Assembly (NCBI GenBank): GCA_016870515.1
Contig: VGBL01000005.1
Coordinates: forward strand, 67,373-131,372
DNA: 64,000 nucleotides
Reading direction: 5' to 3'
Origin: Actinomycetota bacterium
Lineage (GTDB): Bacteria > Actinomycetota > Actinomycetes > S36-B12
Both the position numbers and the translations under genes were made by a program. The notes beneath the pieces were generated by a model. That model worked only from the letters and a program-made list of their open reading frames with translations. It ran no database searches and was not told the DNA's origin. Positions 59,769-64,000 of this stretch are shown piece by piece (positions within the stretch are counted from its first letter, which is position 1; every line of letters starts with the position of its first letter).

Positions 59769-60263
59769 GTCGACGATATTGCCCGCGAGATCGAGGGCTA
59801 TGTCATCGAACTCGGCAGCGATGGTCGACTCGTGGCACTCCAGCTCGAGGAGCTCGTCGCGGGTATCGACAAGGAGCGCGTACTGGTGCTTCGTGACTAC
59901 GTCTCAACGTGCGGGCAGCGCCAGCGCAAGGTCGACCGGGCGATCCAGCAGCTCGACGCGTTGACCGGTAGTGACCTACTCGACCTGGACAGCGTCGCAC
60001 GCGTCATCGGCTTTGCTACCGGCGAGGACTTCCACGAGCAGTCGGCAAGCCCCCGCGGCTACCGGATGCTTGCGCACATTCCCCGACTTCCCGAAACGAT
60101 CATGGACCGCCTCGTGGTGACGTTCGGCTCGCTGCAGCGGCTGCTGTGCGCCAATCTCGAGGACCTTCAGGCGGTGGAGGGTGTCGGCGAATCCCGGGTG
60201 CGCTCCGTGCGCGATGGCCTCTCTCGCCTCGCAGAGAGCGGCGTCCTCGACCGTCACGTCTAG
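59769..60263 (+). pseudogene. disA: disA remnant: linker and helix-hairpin-helix part only, diadenylate cyclase domain missing
   Basis: DDIAREIEGYVIELGSDGRLVALQLEELVAG...LEDLQAVEGVGESRVRSVRDGLSRLAESGVLDRHV matches the C-terminal roughly 45% of DisA. No DGA or RHRSA cyclase motifs appear in any frame between radA and this point. Confidence 0.75.
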
Positions 60264-60267
60264 TCGA

Positions 60268-60903
60268 CTACTCCAGGCGCAGGGCGCTGGGGGCGCTTGT
60301 GATCTCCCCGTTGCGCCCGATCACGGTGTACTCGCCGGCCTCGGCCATGGGCATGTCGGCCGGGCAGCCCGCCTCCGATAGGTAACCATCCCAGGCCAAC
60401 TGGGTCTCGAAGGCCTCGCCGCGGTCGAGGGTGATGATGTCCTCTTCGTCGCTGGGATTGCAGTCGTCGCTCGACCACACCCGCGAGTCGCCTGAGGTGA
60501 TCTGCAGCTCATTGGCACCGGGCCCGGTGTCGCGCTTACACGCAACCATGCCGATGTTGGTGACCATCAGCGTGAGGGTCGGCGTGGATCCGACCGGGTA
60601 GATCGCCTCCTCGGCACTGGCCTCGACGAGGATGCTCTCTTCAAGGCATGCCACCGGCTTGGTGTCGGTGGGCGAGGGCGACGGCGATGTCGGCTCAGGA
60701 TCAGGGGTGGGCGAGGCGCTCTCGGAGGCCGGCGCAGGGGTCGAAGTGGGCTCGGGCCCGGCGTCTCCCCCGCCGCTGGAGCGCCCGAAGATGAGCCACC
60801 ACAACAGGATGAGAATGAGCAGGAGGACGACGATCACGATGATGCGCCGGCGCCAGTAGACGCCGGGCGGCTCGGGCCCCGTCGGCCAGATCACCGTGCT
60901 CAC
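60268..60903 (-). CDS. membrane-anchored protein with Pro/Ser/Thr-rich linker
   Basis: N-terminal TM (IIVIVVLLLILILLWWLIF), a PT-rich spacer, then a Cys-containing extracytoplasmic domain. It occupies the conserved position after disA. Confidence 0.7.
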   Translation of the reverse strand: MSTVIWPTGPEPPGVYWRRRIIVIVVLLLILILLWWLIFGRSSGGGDAGPEPTSTPAPASESASPTPDPEPTSPSPSPTDTKPVACLEESILVEASAEEAIYPVGSTPTLTLMVTNIGMVACKRDTGPGANELQITSGDSRVWSSDDCNPSDEEDIITLDRGEAFETQLAWDGYLSEAGCPADMPMAEAGEYTVIGRNGEITSAPSALRLE

Positions 60904-60936
60904 GGGTCAGCACGCTACCCGCTCCCCCCGGGGGCC

Positions 60937-61875
60937 ATGCCACCATCGGCTCCGATGCCTGGTGGAAATGACCCCGGTCATGGGGGTCCGCATAGCCCCG
61001 CCCTGGTCGGGTGGTTCGCCCGGGTGGGGCGGCCCCTTCCCTGGCGGTGCCCTGCGCGCCCTGGCCCCGGCCCGCACGGCTGGGGGGTGCTGGTGTCGGA
61101 ATTCATGCTCCAGCAGACGCCGGTCGATCGCGTCATCCCGGCCTGGACCGCCTGGCTCGAGCGCTGGCCGCAGCCGGCGGACCTTGCCGCCGACTCACCG
61201 GCCGAGGCCATCCGTGCGTGGGGTCGGCTCGGCTATCCACGGCGAGCGAAGCGACTGCACGAGTCAGCCGTCGTTATCGTTGACCGCCACGGGGGTCTGG
61301 TGCCCGATCAGCACGACCAATTGTTGGCCCTCCCTGGTGTCGGTGACTACACCGCCGGCGCCGTCCGCGCATTCGCCTACGGCCACGCAGCCTTGGCGCT
61401 TGACACGAACGTGCGCCGAGTGCTCGCCCGCCACGACCTGGGTGTGCCCGATGCCACAGGATCGGTAAGTGTCGCGGAGCGACGTCGCGCCGCCGAACTC
61501 ATGCCGTCGGATCCTGCCGACGGGTCAGCCTGGATGGCGGCAGTCATGGAGCTCGGCGCCCTCGTCTGCACGAGCCGGGCTCCCCGCTGCGAGGCGTGCC
61601 CGGTCTCCAGTGACTGTGCCTGGCTCGCGCGCGGACGACCCGACGGCATGGCCAAGCGGCGCCAGCCGGCGTACGACGGCTCCGATCGCCAGGCCCGCGG
61701 CGCGCTGCTCGCCGTGCTGAGGGAGAGCAAGGCACCGGTGAGCCAGGGTGCGCTCGACCTCGCCTGGCCCGATGCCACCCAGCGAGCCCGGGCCCTCGAC
61801 GGGCTCGTAGCCGACGGACTCGTCGTCCCGGCACCTCACAACCGCTGGTCCCTGCCCGACCAGCGCATTGGCTAG
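60937..61875 (+). CDS. mutY: A/G-specific adenine DNA glycosylase (MutY family)
   Basis: HhH-GPD core (VSEFMLQQT, LPGVGDYTAGAV) and the Fe-S loop CTSRAPRCEACPVSSDC. The start could be ATG 60937 or 60955. Confidence 0.85.
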   Translation: MPPSAPMPGGNDPGHGGPHSPALVGWFARVGRPLPWRCPARPGPGPHGWGVLVSEFMLQQTPVDRVIPAWTAWLERWPQPADLAADSPAEAIRAWGRLGYPRRAKRLHESAVVIVDRHGGLVPDQHDQLLALPGVGDYTAGAVRAFAYGHAALALDTNVRRVLARHDLGVPDATGSVSVAERRRAAELMPSDPADGSAWMAAVMELGALVCTSRAPRCEACPVSSDCAWLARGRPDGMAKRRQPAYDGSDRQARGALLAVLRESKAPVSQGALDLAWPDATQRARALDGLVADGLVVPAPHNRWSLPDQRIG

Positions 61876-62357
61876 GGGATGACGATGGTCTCGTTGACGA
61901 GGGGGACGCGGTCAGACACGCGCACGGCGGTGCGCTCGCCCATGGGAAGATCGAGCGTCGCATCGACCCACGTGCGGTCACCGGCAATGCCGATGCCCGC
62001 GCACTCCTCAGCGCCGCGCGGAGCTGCCCGCACCGCTGACACCTCGATGACATTGGGACGCTCGATGATGCGCACCAGGACTTCATCGCCCGTGCAGAGC
62101 CCCGACTCGGGCAGGGCTACCGCAACCTGGATGACCCGTGGATCGAGCGTGGTGCGCCACGCAACGGCGTTGAGCGGCGTCTCGGCGGTGCCCAGCGCAC
62201 GTAGGGGGCCGATACCGGCGACCAACCCACCGGCCACGACGAGGGCGACGATGACCGCGATGCCGCCGAGCAGCCATGCCCAGAACGCCGGCGTGCGCCT
62301 CTTGCGGCGCGGCGCGTCGTACTCGCGCAGACCGGGGATCAGCGGATCACGCGGCAT
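61872..62357 (-). CDS. hypothetical membrane-anchored protein
   Basis: 161-aa ORF with one TM (FWAWLLGGIAVIVALVVAGGLVAG) followed by a small extracytoplasmic domain. No family recognised. Confidence 0.55.
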   Translation of the reverse strand: MPRDPLIPGLREYDAPRRKRRTPAFWAWLLGGIAVIVALVVAGGLVAGIGPLRALGTAETPLNAVAWRTTLDPRVIQVAVALPESGLCTGDEVLVRIIERPNVIEVSAVRAAPRGAEECAGIGIAGDRTWVDATLDLPMGERTAVRVSDRVPLVNETIVIP

Positions 62358-62369
62358 GCGAGAGCCCGA

Positions 62370-64000
62370 TCAGTCGGTGCCAGCGGTTTCGACGGGAGGC
62401 AGGTCGGGTACGTCGGCCCGAGGGTTGGACGTGAAGGTCAATTCCTTGGTGCCGTCGTCGGCCGTGGAGACATCGACCAGCACGATCGAACCGGGCTGAA
62501 TTTCACCGAAGAGCATCTTCTCGCTCAGCGGATCCTCGATCTCGCGCTGGATCGTGCGGCGCAGCGGACGCGCACCCATCGACGAGTCGTAGCCGCGCTC
62601 GGCGAGGAGCTCGCGCGCGCTCTGGGTGAGATCGAGGGAGATGTCGCGGTCCTTGAGCCGCTCGTCGAGGTGATTGATCATCAGGTCGACGATCGAGACG
62701 ATCTCGGTCTTGCTGAGCTGGTGGAAGACGATGACGTCGTCGATGCGGTTGAGGAACTCCGGGCGGAAGTGCTGCTTAAGCTCCTGCTGCACCTTGGTCT
62801 TCATACGCTCGTAGGCACTCAGGTCGTCGTTCTCGGGGGCGAAGCCCATCATGACGCCCTTCGACACGTCGCGGCTGCCGAGGTTGGTCGTCATGATGAT
62901 GACGGTGTTCTTGAAGTCCACGACCCGGCCCTGGGCGTCGGTGAGACGACCCTCCTCGAGCACCTGCAGCAGCGAGTTGAAGATGTCGGGGTGGGCCTTC
63001 TCCACCTCGTCGAAGAGCACCACAGAGAACGGCTTGCGGCGCACCTTCTCGGTGAGCTGGCCGCCCTCTTCGTAGCCAACGTAGCCGGGGGGCGAGCCGA
63101 AGAGGCGCGACGCCGTGTGCTTCTCGGAGTACTCGCTCATGTCGAGGGCGATCAGAGCATCGTCGTCGCCGAAGAGGAATTCGGCGAGCGTCTTCGACAG
63201 CTCGGTCTTGCCGACCCCGGAGGGCCCCGCGAAGATGAAAGAACCCGACGGACGCTTGGGATCCTTCAGACCGGCGCGTGTGCGGCGAATTGACCTCGAC
63301 AGTGCCTTGATGGCCTGGTCCTGACCGATGACGCGACGGTGCAGCTCCTCCTCCATGCGGATGAGGCGCTGGGCGTCGTCCTCGGACAGGTCGGTGACCG
63401 GGATGCCGGTCATGAGGGCCAGCACCTCGGCGATGAGGCGCTCGTCGACCTCGGCGACGACGTCCATGTCGCCGGACTTCCACTCGCGTTCACGCTGGGT
63501 CTTGTCGGCAAGCAGGTTCTTCTCGTCGTCGCGCAGGCGCGCAGCGAGCTCGAAGTCTTGGGAGTCGATCGCCGACTCCTTCTCACGGCGCACGTCGGCG
63601 ATGCGCTCGTCGAATTCGCGCAGGTCCGGCGGAGCGGTCATGCGGCGGATGCGCAGGCGCGAACCGGCCTCGTCGATGAGGTCGATGGCCTTGTCCGGGA
63701 GCTGGCGATCGGAGATGTAGCGGTCGGACAGCCGAGCGGCCGCAGCGAGCGCTCCGTCAGTGATCGACACGCGGTGGTGCGACTCGTAGCGGTCGCGTAG
63801 GCCCTTGAGGATCTCGACGGTGTCGGAGACATCGGGCGCCTGCACCTGGATGGGTGCGAAGCGGCGCTCGAGCGCGGCGTCCTTCTCGACGTACTTGCGG
63901 TATTCGTCGAGCGTGGTCGCGCCGATCGTCTGGAGCTCACCGCGGGCGAGCATCGGCTTGAGGATGCTCGCGGCATCGATCGCGCCCTCGGCGGCACCGG
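62370..64000 (-). CDS. clpC: ATP-dependent Clp protease ATP-binding subunit ClpC, C-terminal about 540 aa (5' end beyond window)
   Basis: UVR-like middle region, second AAA+ module with Walker [10 protein letters not shown], and the ClpB_D2-small C-terminus. The reading frame stays open to the window end. Confidence 0.92.
   Translation of the reverse strand, partial: GAAEGAIDAASILKPMLARGELQTIGATTLDEYRKYVEKDAALERRFAPIQVQAPDVSDTVEILKGLRDRYESHHRVSITDGALAAAARLSDRYISDRQLPDKAIDLIDEAGSRLRIRRMTAPPDLREFDERIADVRREKESAIDSQDFELAARLRDDEKNLLADKTQREREWKSGDMDVVAEVDERLIAEVLALMTGIPVTDLSEDDAQRLIRMEEELHRRVIGQDQAIKALSRSIRRTRAGLKDPKRPSGSFIFAGPSGVGKTELSKTLAEFLFGDDDALIALDMSEYSEKHTASRLFGSPPGYVGYEEGGQLTEKVRRKPFSVVLFDEVEKAHPDIFNSLLQVLEEGRLTDAQGRVVDFKNTVIIMTTNLGSRDVSKGVMMGFAPENDDLSAYERMKTKVQQELKQHFRPEFLNRIDDVIVFHQLSKTEIVSIVDLMINHLDERLKDRDISLDLTQSARELLAERGYDSSMGARPLRRTIQREIEDPLSEKMLFGEIQPGSIVLVDVSTADDGTKELTFTSNPRADVPDLPPVETAGTD

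Noticed and set aside
1-64000. CRISPR arrays, tandem repeats, IS elements, integrases, toxin-antitoxin or defence-system genes
   Set aside because: Reading the spacers and all track ORFs turned up no direct-repeat arrays and no transposase, integrase, nuclease or ATPase defence signatures. The only repeats seen are the isolated inverted repeats reported above. I cannot rule out short dispersed repeats without a computational self-comparison.

Overview
Very GC-rich Actinomycetota chromosomal core region (GC not computed). The gene order matches the conserved actinobacterial respiratory neighbourhood as I recall it from mycobacteria and propionibacteria.

Reading left to right:
- rpmG 5' end with tRNA-Met and tRNA-Thr.
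- A four-gene accessory block (secreted protein, SDR, alpha/beta hydrolase, Zn-ADH), then tRNA-Tyr.
- A partly decayed block (HAD hydrolase, SDR pseudogene, membrane protein, orphan SDR C-terminal remnant), then yajQ.
- An orphan three-gene nuoB/nuoC/nuoI-like operon lying back-to-back with korAB (2-oxoglutarate:ferredoxin oxidoreductase), then rarD.
- A polyprenyl diphosphate synthase and the complete 14-gene nuoA-N operon on the minus strand.
- Menaquinone genes menG, menF, menD, menC, menB, menE and menA.
- System II cytochrome c maturation genes (resA-like, ccdA, resB, ccsA), a fused cobA/hemD and rex.
- A conserved housekeeping run: glutaredoxin-like, HAD-IB, acyltransferase, epimerase, bS22, HTH, acuC-like, proC, TetR, sugar-phosphate isomerase, P-type ATPase, ppx.
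- radA, a truncated disA, mutY and the 3' part of clpC.

I saw no rRNA, CRISPR array, transposase, integrase, phage gene or recognisable defence system.

Most of the window is ordinary core metabolism. These items deserve a second look:
1. The NuoB/C/I-like Fe-S module next to korAB.
2. A deletion junction that removes the diadenylate-cyclase domain of DisA.
3. A structured ADH leader with cobalamin-riboswitch-like sequence blocks (unverified).
4. Several independent gene-decay events.
5. Two strong perfect inverted repeats.
6. A rarD gene with no canonical start codon.

Many long ORFs in the six-frame track are antisense artefacts of high GC. Starts were trimmed using Shine-Dalgarno sequences, stop/start overlaps and conserved N-termini.
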